Positions 37,146 through 47,341 of a stretch of 64,000 nucleotides of DNA are shown here, piece by piece (position 1 is the first letter of the stretch; each line of letters begins with the position of its first letter). This DNA is from Fimbriimonadales bacterium (lineage in GTDB: Bacteria > Armatimonadota > Fimbriimonadia > Fimbriimonadales > ATM1). Made by a program: the position numbers and the translations under genes. The stretch is from the NCBI GenBank assembly GCA_041744215.1, contig JBGTLG010000015.1, positions 96,001-160,000 on the forward strand. The letters run 5' to 3'. Below the pieces are notes generated by a model, which worked only from the letters and a program-made list of their open reading frames with translations, was not told the origin of the DNA and searched no databases.

Positions 37146-37179
37146 CAGAGGCTCTTGATTTGGCCTCAGTCGAGCCGCT

Positions 37180-39417
37180 CTACGCCCCGGCCTTGCCCCC
37201 AAAAGTGCGCTGAATGCTGATCACATCCTGCATGGAACTGATCCGGCTTATGACATTTTGCAGATGGCTGAGATCCTGCACCTCAACCATCATGTCGAGA
37301 GATGCAGTTTGGTTCGGCAACGTGCGTATGTTTGCGCTGATCACGTTGGTTTTCGTCTCGCCAAAGATCGCAGTGATGTCGGCAAGTAGGCCCTGACGAT
37401 TGAGAGTTTGTATTCTAAGACTGGTGGAAAATGCGCCCTTGGCTTTTGGCGGCCAATTGACTGGCAGGACTCGGGCCGGGTCGGTTTCAAGAAGCCGAAC
37501 TGCATTTGGGCATAGCTTTCGGTGCAAGATCACCCCTCTGCCTTTTGAAACGTATCCGACAGTTTCGTCGCCCGGCACAGGTAGACAACAGCGGGACCGG
37601 CGGTAAGCGATATCGTCGATGCCGGTCGTGCCGATCGTGATTCCCTGCAGCGGTGGCTGAATCGTCTGAGTACGGCCTTTGCGAATCTGCTTCCGCTCCT
37701 CGTTCGTAAGCAAGTGAGCGACACGTTCCACACTTTGGAGCCCTTCGCCAACACTTGCAAGAAGCGCTTTATGATCCGCCTTCTTGAGGCGCACGGCCGC
37801 CGCAGACAAGTTCTCCTCTGTAAGCAGCGCTTTTGGATCGAAGCCGAGTGACTTCAGCTCTCTTTCAATCGCTTCGCGGCCACGCTGTGCGTTGGAGTCC
37901 TTGTTCTGTTGGCGAAGCCATAGACGTATTTTTTGTCGCGCGCCAACTGTTTTGACCATTCTCAACCAGTCGACACTCGGTTGCGCGTTTCCCCGAGTCA
38001 TCACTTCGACGATGTCGCCATTGTCTAGCTCATGATCAAGTTTTACGATTCGACCATTTACCTTTGCGCCAACGGTCTTCATTCCGACCTCTGTGTGGAT
38101 TCGAAAAGCAAAGTCAATCGCAGTTGCGCCTCGGGGGAGATCGACTACATCTCCTTTGGGGGTAAAGCAGAAGACCTGCTCGCTGAACAAGTCTGTGCTA
38201 ACCGAGCGCAGGAACTCGCTACCCGTCGTGGCGTCGCTTGACCAATCGAAAATCTGCTGACGCAGGCTGTTGATCCTTGCCTGTTCGCTCGCAGTGATTC
38301 GTTCATTTCCGCGACCGGGCTTGTATTGCCAATGGGAGGCGACGCCGTACTCCGCCGTCCTGTGCATCTCAAATGTTCGGATTTGGACTTCGAGCGGCTC
38401 GCCGTGAGGACCCACCACCTTAGTGTGCAGGGACTGATATCCGTTTGACTTTGGCTTAGCGATGTAGTCGTAGAACAGACCTGGAATCGGTTTCCACAGC
38501 TCATGCACGGTGCCTAGCACTTTGTAGCAATCGCTCTCAGTATCCAGAATGATTCTTATGCCGAGCAGATCATAGATTTCTTCGAAGTCGAACCCGAACA
38601 CTGCGATCTTCTGGTAGACGCTATAGAGGTGTTTTGGTCTGCCTTGGACTTCTGCATGCTCGAATCCCGCATCTTCAAGCCGTTCTTTGAGCTGTACAAT
38701 CGCTTGATCCAGCTCCTCTTCCCGCTTTGATCGTGTTTTGGCCACCATCTCAGTAACATCCGCGAACTCCTTCGGATGCAGATGCTTAAAAGCCAGGTCC
38801 TCGAGCTGCCACTTCATCTGCCAGATGCCCAGCCGGGCCGCGAGGGGTGCATACACATCGAGCGTTTCGCGCGCCATTCGAAACTGCTTGTCCTCACTGA
38901 GAGATTCAAGTGTCTGCATGTTGTGAAGCCTGTCAGCGAGCTTGATAACCATGACTCGGATATCGGCTGCCATAGCCATGAGCATTTTTCGCATCGTCTC
39001 GGCGAAGCGGGCGCGCTGTTCGGCTGCCTTCTTCTTCTCTTCGATGTGTTCGAGAGGCGGAAACTTGAGCTTAGTGACACCCTCAACGAGAGAGCCCACT
39101 GACTTCCCAAACATCGCTTCGATCTGAGTCGCTGTTATCTCAGTGTCTTCCAAGACATCATGGAGTAGTGCCGCGATTACGACATCCTCTTCCATTTGCA
39201 GCCCAACGAGGATGTCGGCCACGGCCAGGGGATGGTTGATGTATGGCTCACCGCTCCTCCGCGATTGACCTCTGTGCGCGGTTTCCGCTACGAAGTACGC
39301 CAGACGGACGCGAGCGATGTCGGCTTTTGGCGAAGCCTGCCGCAAGCGATTCAGGAGTTCAGTCAGGCCGTCTGGCTCCTCCCATCCTGGCGAAATCTGC
39401 AGCGTTGCGGTAATCAA
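37180..39417 (-). CDS. rel: Bifunctional (p)ppGpp synthetase/hydrolase Rel
   Basis: H..Q.R.SGEPY..HP, LLHDVLED, KLADRLHNM, GRPKHLYS, DYIAKPKSNGYQSLHT, EVQIRT, TGS, CC.PVPGD, ACT. Start is TTG 39417 or ATG 39438. Confidence 0.95.
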   Translation of the reverse strand: MITATLQISPGWEEPDGLTELLNRLRQASPKADIARVRLAYFVAETAHRGQSRRSGEPYINHPLAVADILVGLQMEEDVVIAALLHDVLEDTEITATQIEAMFGKSVGSLVEGVTKLKFPPLEHIEEKKKAAEQRARFAETMRKMLMAMAADIRVMVIKLADRLHNMQTLESLSEDKQFRMARETLDVYAPLAARLGIWQMKWQLEDLAFKHLHPKEFADVTEMVAKTRSKREEELDQAIVQLKERLEDAGFEHAEVQGRPKHLYSVYQKIAVFGFDFEEIYDLLGIRIILDTESDCYKVLGTVHELWKPIPGLFYDYIAKPKSNGYQSLHTKVVGPHGEPLEVQIRTFEMHRTAEYGVASHWQYKPGRGNERITASEQARINSLRQQIFDWSSDATTGSEFLRSVSTDLFSEQVFCFTPKGDVVDLPRGATAIDFAFRIHTEVGMKTVGAKVNGRIVKLDHELDNGDIVEVMTRGNAQPSVDWLRMVKTVGARQKIRLWLRQQNKDSNAQRGREAIERELKSLGFDPKALLTEENLSAAAVRLKKADHKALLASVGEGLQSVERVAHLLTNEERKQIRKGRTQTIQPPLQGITIGTTGIDDIAYRRSRCCLPVPGDETVGYVSKGRGVILHRKLCPNAVRLLETDPARVLPVNWPPKAKGAFSTSLRIQTLNRQGLLADITAIFGETKTNVISANIRTLPNQTASLDMMVEVQDLSHLQNVISRISSMQDVISIQRTFGGKAGA

Positions 39418-39418
39418 C

Positions 39419-40207
39419 CTACCTCTCGACGTTGGCATCCAGAAGGTACACGATTCCGGCTGGGTCTGCCTTCCCACTTGCCTTTCCAAGCACTATGCGT
39501 CCGTCATGCGTCCGCCCCACATAAATGTTGCCGAGATAGACTTCCTGAGGAACTTGGGCCAACACCCGAACGTTTCCTTGCGGCGACACGTGACGAATGA
39601 CGCCGTCTTTGTATCCAATCACGCCGCCCAACTTACTCGGAATGATCTGCTCGCACGGAATTGTCGCGAGTGTTTTCGGACGACGATCCGCACCGAAGAA
39701 GCGGATCTCTCCGTCCTCCTGCAAAGTATAAAAACTGCCATCCGATTGAGGTACTAGGGCGACAGCAAAGTCTTCGCTAATCTCCCGTCCCTGACGATCG
39801 AGAATGAACTCGAACTCGCTGCTGTCCGGTGTCTTCCTCATGATGTATCCGCTGTTAAACATCGCCCAAATGTTTTCGCTGGTATCGAGCTTGACTAACA
39901 TCGGATAGCGCAACCGTCGCTGCCAAATCACCTTCCCGTCCTTCGCGTAGTCTGTTACCAGGCCAGACTCATAGTCAGCGATGACAAAGCCAGACTTCTT
40001 TGGCAAGATCTCCAGTTTTCCCTTGAACTCGAATGGGTAGACGTGGGTTCGTCGCACCGAGTTCCCGTCCACCGCGAAGCGACCAATCTTCACGGTTTCT
40101 CCCTCAAGTATCGTCGCGAGAATGCTTCCATCATTGTCGAAGGCAAAACCGGCGTTTGGTTGAAGCGGGATCGATATCTGCGTTAATGCGATCAACAGCA
40201 ATGTCAT
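39419..40207 (-). CDS. Secreted hypothetical protein, beta-propeller-like
   Basis: Short signal peptide and repeated short beta strands with DG turns. Coupled to kdsB and rel. Confidence 0.65.
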   Translation of the reverse strand: MTLLLIALTQISIPLQPNAGFAFDNDGSILATILEGETVKIGRFAVDGNSVRRTHVYPFEFKGKLEILPKKSGFVIADYESGLVTDYAKDGKVIWQRRLRYPMLVKLDTSENIWAMFNSGYIMRKTPDSSEFEFILDRQGREISEDFAVALVPQSDGSFYTLQEDGEIRFFGADRRPKTLATIPCEQIIPSKLGGVIGYKDGVIRHVSPQGNVRVLAQVPQEVYLGNIYVGRTHDGRIVLGKASGKADPAGIVYLLDANVER

Positions 40208-40929
40208 CGTGCGAACTCCTTTTCGAGTAGCTTGGATGCCTCGAGAGCCTGCTCAGGCGTATCGACTGAAATCCGGGATCCTATGCCGGGTGCCATTTGG
40301 ATCGGAACACCGTGTTCTAAGAATCTCAGTTGCTCGAGCATCTCTGTGTCCTCCAGGGGTGTCGGCTTCCAGGTCAAGAATCGAGAGAGCAGGTCATGTG
40401 TGTACCCATAGATTCCGACGTGTCGCTTCACCTGAATGCCGCCCGCATTCCTCCGAAACGGTATCGAGGCGCGGGAAAAGTATAAAGCTCGATCGTGAAT
40501 GTCTGTCACCACCTTTACGACGGCTGAGCTAGTGCAATCTGATGCATCTGCGGCGACATAGAGACTTGCCATCTCATGCCCTGCGATCAGTAACTCGGCA
40601 CAAGCGTCAACATCCTCCGGCGGAAGCAACGGTTCGTCGCCCTGCACATTTATGTACGCATCTGCGCCAATGAGGGGCGCGATCTCGCCGATTCGGTCTG
40701 TTCCGGACGGATGGTCGTCTCGAGTCATCATCGCCTCGGCACCAAATGACGCCGCCGCGCTCGCTATCTCGATATCTGGAGTTGCGACCAGCACTGCACT
40801 TGGGATGTGCGAGCGAGAGACTGCTTCGTAAACCCATTGAATCATCGGCTTTCCGGCGAGCCGGTGGAGCGGCTTGCCTGGAAATCGGGTGCTGGCCATC
40901 CGCGCCGGGATTACGGCGACGACGTTCAT
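40204..40929 (-). CDS. kdsB: CMP-Kdo synthetase
   Basis: IPARMASTRFPGKPL, HPSGTDRI, INVQGDEP, VKVV, ALYFSR, HVGIYGY, LEQLRFLE, VDTPE. Confidence 0.93.
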   Translation of the reverse strand: MNVVAVIPARMASTRFPGKPLHRLAGKPMIQWVYEAVSRSHIPSAVLVATPDIEIASAAASFGAEAMMTRDDHPSGTDRIGEIAPLIGADAYINVQGDEPLLPPEDVDACAELLIAGHEMASLYVAADASDCTSSAVVKVVTDIHDRALYFSRASIPFRRNAGGIQVKRHVGIYGYTHDLLSRFLTWKPTPLEDTEMLEQLRFLEHGVPIQMAPGIGSRISVDTPEQALEASKLLEKEFAR

Positions 40930-40955
40930 TGCGTAATCATACCGGCCCCATCTGT

Positions 40956-43079
40956 CTAAACGGACTTCTGGACCGGCTCCCGGAGTTCAATGAGAGTATT
41001 CGCTCCCGGGACAAGATCGACTTGAATTCGCCAAGTCGCTTCGAGATCTTCAATCTTGCCAAGTCCGGACGGCCAGCTTCCGCGGGCGAACCGGGCGGGT
41101 AAATCGAAGGTGTAAGCGATTGGCCTCTCAGATTGCAGTGAGAGATGCGTGAGAACTCCATCTTGCACTCGCACGGCGGCGGCGATCGCGCGGCTCAATC
41201 TAAGCCCACGGAAGCTAAAGTTGCGCATCGTCTCTGGAACCGCCGGAAGCAGGAAGTCCCCATAGTCATCGACGCGTGCAAACATCCAGTGGAGTGCGGC
41301 GAGCCATGCTCCGCAGCCCGTTGTAAACCAAGGCACGATCGGTTCCCCGTCCCGAGTGACATGCTCATTCGGGCTCATGAACTGACCTGCGGCCAAAGTT
41401 CCTCGCTGCACTGCTTCCCACGCAGAGTCACCATCCGACAGCACCGAGTGGCACATCCCAAGGTGGCCCGCCGTCCACATCCAACCGGTCTCATCGAACA
41501 CTTCATGGAAACCCGGTTTCCAACCATGCTCAGTCCGGGCATCACTGTGCAGCATTGCAAGCGTGTTCCGCGCAAACTCACTCCCTTCATCGCAAAAGAA
41601 CGGTGCGACGTATCCCGCGACTGACGTATGGAGAGACTTATCAGTAGGGATCCCATACTGGCGACGATTTAAATCTAGAACGAAGTTCTGCCTGAGCGCT
41701 TTCGACAACGAATCCCAATTGGCCCTTCGCTCTCGGTCGACACCGAGACGCCGTGCGGCCTCTGCTGCACGATCAAGACAGAACACTGCTGCAGCCATCG
41801 TGAATGGCCCAGACGCAACGTCTCCAACGCTCTCGTCGAAGTCTGTACATGTTTTCGTCCTGAGATTTCCCCGCTCATCTCGCTCAATCATATGGCATTC
41901 GAAGTAGCGCGCGCATTCACGCAAGACGGGATACAAATCTTCGAGCACTTCGATGTTGCGTTGATAGAGCCAGAGCGACCACGCGCATGCGGCGATCAAA
42001 CCCATGTGGAAGCGCTCCGTGTACCAATGCCCGTGCGGGTCACGTTCCTCTCCAGCTTCAGTCGAACTCCATGGGTATAGCGCGCCACGACCTCGAGCCC
42101 GCTCTATAGCCTTTGGTAAGGTGGCAAGCCGAAAGTATGGGACGTTGCTCGCCATACTCTCATGACCACCCGAAAGCAGGCCTAGGAACGGATAGTATTC
42201 ATCGTGGAACGCCCCTGCCCCCCAATGCCTTTCCGACACCGTGGGAGGGATTGACCAGTGTGTCGTTTGACATGCAAGAGTGTAGAGCGACATTCGCCTG
42301 AAGAGGTCAACGTGTTGATTTCCGGTCGACACTTCGCTCTCTTCCCAAAAGGCCCGCCACTTGTCTGCGTGATCGTTGAACTCATGATTGAGTTCAGTAA
42401 ACGACAAAGGGGCACAGTAGTGAATCCGATCGCTGAAGGTGATTACCGTGCGAACTACAATCTCATCTCCGGGCGCAAGCAACTTGTGAACTTCTAAAAC
42501 GGATTCATTGCTCTGCACCTTCCACTGCATTCCCTCAGTTGCGATTGTCACTGCCCCAAGGGTTTCTGACGTTTCCCACTCATACTGGACTGCACCTAAC
42601 AACTCCTCGGCCCGAAACTTCAACTCTTCTTGACGCACACCGTGCCGAACACCGAAGCAGTAACGGAGGGAGAACAAAACTTCTTGGTCTTCGGCCGAGT
42701 GATTACTAAGTCGTGTCTCGACGAAGAAGGAATTGCGCTTTCCAAACACTAATGATCGTGTAGATTCCAGCAGGCCCCCGTAAAGGATCCTAGTTCGCAC
42801 TTCCGCCGTGTCCGTGTGGATCGCTTGCGCAACCTCGACAGCCTTCGGTGCTTCGCCCGCAATCCAGATACTCCTCTCTAGTGTGCCAAATGGAATAAGG
42901 GGGTGACGTGGGCCCGGCAGCCTTCTACCCGCCAACACAAACTCCTGGCAGGCCGCCGCTGCCGCAGGCCACAACTGTGGCTCGTGATACCCGCTGCGAC
43001 CAAGGGTAGTCGCCAGGGTACCGTTGCCTACCAGAGCGGGGACGGGGCGGTCCGAGTGCAGGGAGCTATCGAACTGCAT
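40956..43079 (-). CDS. Glycoside hydrolase/phosphorylase with (alpha/alpha)6 barrel (GH65/GH95-like)
   Basis: VGNG N-terminus, W..FW..S, F.DE, GALYPW, LYPVL...A.YF, DFDE, FTTG.G. Family boundary uncertain. Confidence 0.65.
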   Translation of the reverse strand: MQFDSSLHSDRPVPALVGNGTLATTLGRSGYHEPQLWPAAAAACQEFVLAGRRLPGPRHPLIPFGTLERSIWIAGEAPKAVEVAQAIHTDTAEVRTRILYGGLLESTRSLVFGKRNSFFVETRLSNHSAEDQEVLFSLRYCFGVRHGVRQEELKFRAEELLGAVQYEWETSETLGAVTIATEGMQWKVQSNESVLEVHKLLAPGDEIVVRTVITFSDRIHYCAPLSFTELNHEFNDHADKWRAFWEESEVSTGNQHVDLFRRMSLYTLACQTTHWSIPPTVSERHWGAGAFHDEYYPFLGLLSGGHESMASNVPYFRLATLPKAIERARGRGALYPWSSTEAGEERDPHGHWYTERFHMGLIAACAWSLWLYQRNIEVLEDLYPVLRECARYFECHMIERDERGNLRTKTCTDFDESVGDVASGPFTMAAAVFCLDRAAEAARRLGVDRERRANWDSLSKALRQNFVLDLNRRQYGIPTDKSLHTSVAGYVAPFFCDEGSEFARNTLAMLHSDARTEHGWKPGFHEVFDETGWMWTAGHLGMCHSVLSDGDSAWEAVQRGTLAAGQFMSPNEHVTRDGEPIVPWFTTGCGAWLAALHWMFARVDDYGDFLLPAVPETMRNFSFRGLRLSRAIAAAVRVQDGVLTHLSLQSERPIAYTFDLPARFARGSWPSGLGKIEDLEATWRIQVDLVPGANTLIELREPVQKSV

Positions 43080-43193
43080 TACTAGAAAACCTCGAAGCGA
43101 ATGGGAGACGAGCCTGGCCGCGAGGGTAACAGGCTGTACAGTGGACGGGGTAAAACCTCGCAACGGTTCGCGTGCGTCTGCTCTTGTTTACTC

Positions 43194-43679
43194 ATGGCTT
43201 ACTTGGACCCTCAGACAGTACGATTCTGGTTCCCCGAGCCGGGCTCCCGGGCCAGGTGCGAGATCGCAGGTGATCGGTGCTTGCTCGAGGTCCGTGTGCA
43301 TCGTTGCTTTCCATTTTCGCTCCCAACTAGGTATGTCAGCGTCCAGGATGCGAGTTCGAACGAGGCTGGCATTCTGGCTGACTTAGACGACTTAGATCCT
43401 GCTTCACGCGGCGTCGTCGAGTCAGAGCTCGATCGGCGCTACTTCACCCCCATTATCGGCAGGATCGTCACTTTGCGGCAAGAGGCGTCAATGTGGTGGT
43501 GGTCGGTAGAGACTCAGCGCGGTCCAGCGTCGTTTTACATTCGCGGGGTTAGGGACTCGATCCACGAGGTCGCGCCTCGGCGGTGGCAGATACTGAGCAT
43601 GGATGGCCAACGCTATGAGATTAGCGACATTGCCCTCTTAGACTCGCGCAGCCAGGCGCTCTTCGAGGGGCTCTTTTAG
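43194..43679 (+). CDS. DUF1854 family protein
   Basis: RCFPFS.P..YVSV.D....E.G...DL..LD..SR..VE.EL.RRYF.P.I, W.VET.RG, G.RY.I.D...LD..S. Confidence 0.75.
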   Translation: MAYLDPQTVRFWFPEPGSRARCEIAGDRCLLEVRVHRCFPFSLPTRYVSVQDASSNEAGILADLDDLDPASRGVVESELDRRYFTPIIGRIVTLRQEASMWWWSVETQRGPASFYIRGVRDSIHEVAPRRWQILSMDGQRYEISDIALLDSRSQALFEGLF

Positions 43680-43681
43680 AC

Positions 43682-44329
43682 GTGTTCTCTTCGGCCCTGG
43701 CGCTGGCCCTACCAGAGCGGTGCCTTGTTTGTTGTGAAATGGCACAGCCCGCGTTTTGCGCGGATTGCGTGGAGGCAGAGCGCTCGCTGCGAAGCGGCAG
43801 TTGTCCACGTTGCGGTATCGGCGATATCGGTGCATGTGCGGAGTGTAGGTGGATGGGTTCCCTGGACTGGTTTAGGTCTGTAGCTGACTACACGGGCGTG
43901 GCAGGACGCGCGATCCGCCGTTTCAAGTTTCACGGTAGCGCGGAATTGGCACCGTACATTGCGGATCGAATGCGCCATCTCTTAATCGACGCGCCCAACT
44001 TCGATGTCGTAGTGCCGGTGCCAATTCATTGGTCACGTCGATCGTTGAGAGGCTTCAACCAGTCCGAGTTGCTTGCGGAAGCTCTCACCTTATCAAACTC
44101 AAAGCTGCTCATCCGAACGCGTGCGACGCGACCTCAAACACGAGTTAGCGGACGCGAGCGACTTACTAATCTGGAGAATGCTCTCCGCGCGCGTACGACG
44201 TACACAGGACTTCGCGCTCTGCTTATCGACGACGTTGTCACGTCGGGCAGCACGCTAGAAGCTTGCGCCTCGGCTCTGAAGGCGGCCGGCGCATCTTGGG
44301 TAGGTGGCGTCACATACGCGCGAGGTTAG
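43682..44329 (+). CDS. comF: ComF family protein (double zinc ribbon plus PRTase)
   Basis: Four CxxC, KF.G, VPVPIH, RGFNQS, R..NL..A, LIDDVVTSGSTL. Confidence 0.9.
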   Translation: MFSSALALALPERCLVCCEMAQPAFCADCVEAERSLRSGSCPRCGIGDIGACAECRWMGSLDWFRSVADYTGVAGRAIRRFKFHGSAELAPYIADRMRHLLIDAPNFDVVVPVPIHWSRRSLRGFNQSELLAEALTLSNSKLLIRTRATRPQTRVSGRERLTNLENALRARTTYTGLRALLIDDVVTSGSTLEACASALKAAGASWVGGVTYARG

Positions 44330-44334
44330 AGCCC

Positions 44335-44868
44335 CTACATCTCCGGTTCGAGAAGCCCGTAGGTTCCGCCCTTTCGCTTGTAGAGCACAGCGAACTGCCC
44401 ACTATCCGAGTTGCGAAACACGAAGAAAGGATGCCCGACCAGTTCCATTTGAAGGGATGCTTCATCGGGGCTCATCGGTTTCACGAGGAACTGTTTTCGC
44501 TCCACGATTCGAGTTTGCGGTGCTTTCGGTGGCTTCTCTTCGGAGAGCGCAGCAGGCATGCGCTTCGCACCACGACGGCGATGCGAGTCGATGAGCCGGC
44601 CCTTCAGCGAACTCAGCCTTTTTTCGAGCTTGTCTGAAACCCGATCGATGCAGGCTCGCAACGACGAATCGCGCTCTTCCCCACGGACCGTGAATCCGTC
44701 GGCAAAAACGGTCACTTCGAGGCGATGTTTTCCCTTTTGCTCGTGGTACACCATTTCGACGCGAGTAGCTTTGTGAAAGTACTTGTCAAGTTTTCCCAGC
44801 TTCTTCGCCGCATAGTCGCGGTGTCGCTCTGGGACGTTTCCTTCTGCATTTCTTACCAGTAGTTCCAT
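44335..44868 (-). CDS. hpf: Long-form ribosome hibernation promoting factor
   Basis: YA.KKL.KL.KYF, EVT, ID....KLE..L...K, C-domain KPMS.DEA..QMELVGH.FFVF.N......VLYKRK.G.YGLLEP. Confidence 0.92.
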   Translation of the reverse strand: MELLVRNAEGNVPERHRDYAAKKLGKLDKYFHKATRVEMVYHEQKGKHRLEVTVFADGFTVRGEERDSSLRACIDRVSDKLEKRLSSLKGRLIDSHRRRGAKRMPAALSEEKPPKAPQTRIVERKQFLVKPMSPDEASLQMELVGHPFFVFRNSDSGQFAVLYKRKGGTYGLLEPEM

Positions 44869-44872
44869 ATCT

Positions 44873-46039
44873 TTACACCTCCCAAGTGCGGCGGATGCGC
44901 GAGGAAACTGTTGCGATCGCGATCGCGGCTATGCCTTCACCTCGCCCGATTGCACCGAGGCCTTCGTGCGTCGTCGCCTTCACATTGATTTTCGACACGT
45001 CGACACCTGTTTCCTGCGCAATCTGCTCTCGCATCTGTTCCCTCCGCGGGCCAATCTTTGGGCTTTCCGCAAGGATCGTTATGTCAAGTGAAGTGACTCG
45101 CCCTCCCGCTTCGGAAACACGCCGGACGGCTTCTCGGACAAAGTGCCGGCTGTCCGCGTCCTTCCAGGCTGGGTCGGTATCAGGAAACAGCTGCCCGATG
45201 TCGCCCGCAGAAACCGCACCCAACAGCGCGTCAGTAACAGCGTGGAGCACGACGTCTGCGTCTGAGTGCCCTGCCAGGCCGGGTTCGCCGTCGAAGCGAA
45301 CTCCACCGAGTACCAAAACACGACCAACTTTGCTGGAGAATCGGTGGATGTCGTAGCCAATTCCGCTCAGAATCTCGTTCGAATACTGTTGGTCCATCAT
45401 AAGCTGAAAATCCTCAAAACTCGTGATCTTGTGGTTGAATCGATCACCTTCCACGACCCTGACCTTTCTGCCCGCGGCCTCCAAAGCGCTGGCTTCATCA
45501 GTGACGTGCGCGTGCTGAGACAGGGCGTCCAATAGCCAGTCCTTCCGACTTCCCTGGGGCGTCTGGGCTGCGAAGATTCCCGCCCGGTCAATCGTGCTTT
45601 CGACGTAGTTGGTCGCTCGCTTGAGTGTGTCTACGACAGGCAGTGCCGGAATCGCTGCACCAAACTCTTCGGTAGCGTCGATGACGCGTGTGATCAAGTC
45701 CGGTGTGGCACCGGGGCGAGCTGTGTCGTGGATCAGAACGATATCCGCTCCCTTCGCCGCGAGGATGCCATTGATGGAACTTTGCTGGCGCGTCTCGCCG
45801 CCTCGCACCACGAAGTCGAGGTCAGAGTCGTCAAACTCGTGCTCTTCTCCTGGTGCGCATACGATGCCCACCATGTCAACTCTCGGGTGCGTTCGAAACG
45901 TCTTGAAGGATACTTTCCACAACGGGAGGCTCGGCTCCAAGTGGACGTGGACTTTGCGCCTCTCACCAGGCCACGCACTTGGGCACGTAGCAGCGAACCG
46001 GGATGATGAGCCGGCAGCTAAGAGGATCGCTGTTGTCAT
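44873..46039 (-). CDS. ispDF: Bifunctional IspD/IspF (MEP pathway)
   Basis: IspD: AAGSSSR, GG.TRQ.S, HD.ARP, AQTPQ, TDEA, KIT. IspF: GIGYDIH, GHSDADV..HA..DA, GDIG..FP, KATT.E.LG..GR.EG. Confidence 0.92.
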   Translation of the reverse strand: MTTAILLAAGSSSRFAATCPSAWPGERRKVHVHLEPSLPLWKVSFKTFRTHPRVDMVGIVCAPGEEHEFDDSDLDFVVRGGETRQQSSINGILAAKGADIVLIHDTARPGATPDLITRVIDATEEFGAAIPALPVVDTLKRATNYVESTIDRAGIFAAQTPQGSRKDWLLDALSQHAHVTDEASALEAAGRKVRVVEGDRFNHKITSFEDFQLMMDQQYSNEILSGIGYDIHRFSSKVGRVLVLGGVRFDGEPGLAGHSDADVVLHAVTDALLGAVSAGDIGQLFPDTDPAWKDADSRHFVREAVRRVSEAGGRVTSLDITILAESPKIGPRREQMREQIAQETGVDVSKINVKATTHEGLGAIGRGEGIAAIAIATVSSRIRRTWEV

Positions 46040-47151
46040 GCGTCTGCTGACTTCTTCTTGGAGCGCGGCGCATCCTCATCGTGACCATTCAAGGAGGCAA
46101 AAATCATCCTCCCTGCTGCACTCTGGTGGACTTGACTTACACGCACCTGCATTCGGTCGCCCATGAATTCGAAGCCATCCTCGATGACCACCATTGTGCC
46201 GTCGTCAAGAAAGCCCACCCCCTGGCCAGGCTGGCTCCCTTCCCGCTCCACCAAAACCGTCAGAAGTTCGTTGGGCATATATTGAGGGCGCATAGACACC
46301 GCTAAATCATGGACGCTAAGGACCGTGACGCCATGGACTTGGGCAACTTTGTTCAGGTTAAAGTCGTTGGTCACGAGGCTGGCACCAAGCGCCTTCGCCA
46401 GCCGCACAAGTCGGGAGTCGACGGCCTCGTCCTCTGCGCCCGCAAACCGGTCCTGAGTGCCGATTTCGATTTCGAAGTCGTTTTGCAGATTGCGGAGCAT
46501 GTCCAGTCCCCGCCGACCGCGCTGGCGCTTCGTGGTGTCGTGGCTGTCGGCAACGGCCTGTAGCTCCTTGATTACGAAATCGGGAATGTACAGCTTTCCT
46601 TCGAGGAACCCTGCCTTCGCGACTTCGTAGATTCTCCCGTCGATAATGACGCTGGTGTCGAAAATCTTTGTGTTGCTTCGCCCTTTTCCTGAGACTCTAG
46701 CCCACGGCAGCGACTCTTCCATGCTCTTCAGTGCTGCGAACGTGATCCCGATCAGGGCGAACATTAGAAGGAGGCTGCCGAGTACTGCCCAAGCTCCAAA
46801 ACTAAAGGCCAGCATATGGAACGGGATGCTGAGGCCGAGCCCTACGATAACAGACACGAACAGCGTCGTTCGCTCAGAGGCAGTCATCACCGACCAGCGC
46901 CCAAGTACCCGCCCAATCCAGGTTACGACGAGAAGGCCGACCAGGCCGACTGTGACTGCTCCGAAGACCCCGATTGCGACAATTGAGTACAGATTGCGAA
47001 AGCTCGGCAGCATACTGTCGGGTGCTCCAGATGCCGCCGAAGGGTCGAGGAGCAGGTAGGCGCGCTGTAACCCTGCAGGGATCGTGATCTCCGCGATCAC
47101 GACTCCAGCGAGCATACACGCAACTACAAACCCAAACTTAAAGACCTTCAA
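46036..47151 (-). CDS. Membrane PIN/TRAM domain protein (YacL family)
   Basis: TM N-terminus. DTSVIIDGRI, ELQ..ADS, RGRRGLD, TNDFNL.KVA, GQGVGFLDDGTMVVIE, AGRMIFA. Upstream of ispD. Confidence 0.9.
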   Translation of the reverse strand: MKVFKFGFVVACMLAGVVIAEITIPAGLQRAYLLLDPSAASGAPDSMLPSFRNLYSIVAIGVFGAVTVGLVGLLVVTWIGRVLGRWSVMTASERTTLFVSVIVGLGLSIPFHMLAFSFGAWAVLGSLLLMFALIGITFAALKSMEESLPWARVSGKGRSNTKIFDTSVIIDGRIYEVAKAGFLEGKLYIPDFVIKELQAVADSHDTTKRQRGRRGLDMLRNLQNDFEIEIGTQDRFAGAEDEAVDSRLVRLAKALGASLVTNDFNLNKVAQVHGVTVLSVHDLAVSMRPQYMPNELLTVLVEREGSQPGQGVGFLDDGTMVVIEDGFEFMGDRMQVRVSQVHQSAAGRMIFASLNGHDEDAPRSKKKSADA

Positions 47152-47311
47152 AGCAGTTTTCTCAGACGCAGTGCCGCCAAACTCTGGCTCACCCTATTTT
47201 GACTCCGACTGCCTCCGATTCGCACTGAATCGCCTCGGGCGAACGTAGCCTAGGTGGCCCGAACGGAACCTATGACGGCATTTAGGCTTACTATCATTCT
47301 GGGTGGCTTCC

Positions 47312-47341
47312 TTGACTCCGGAGCCCTTCGATTGGTAGTCT
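47312..47341 (+). promoter_or_regulatory. Sigma70-type promoter of topA
   Basis: TTGACT-N18-TAGTCT, 34 nt before the ATG. Confidence 0.6.

Noticed and set aside
46036-47151. PIN-domain gene as a toxin-antitoxin module
   Set aside because: It is the membrane PIN/TRAM YacL type in its usual position upstream of ispD, and no antitoxin gene is present.
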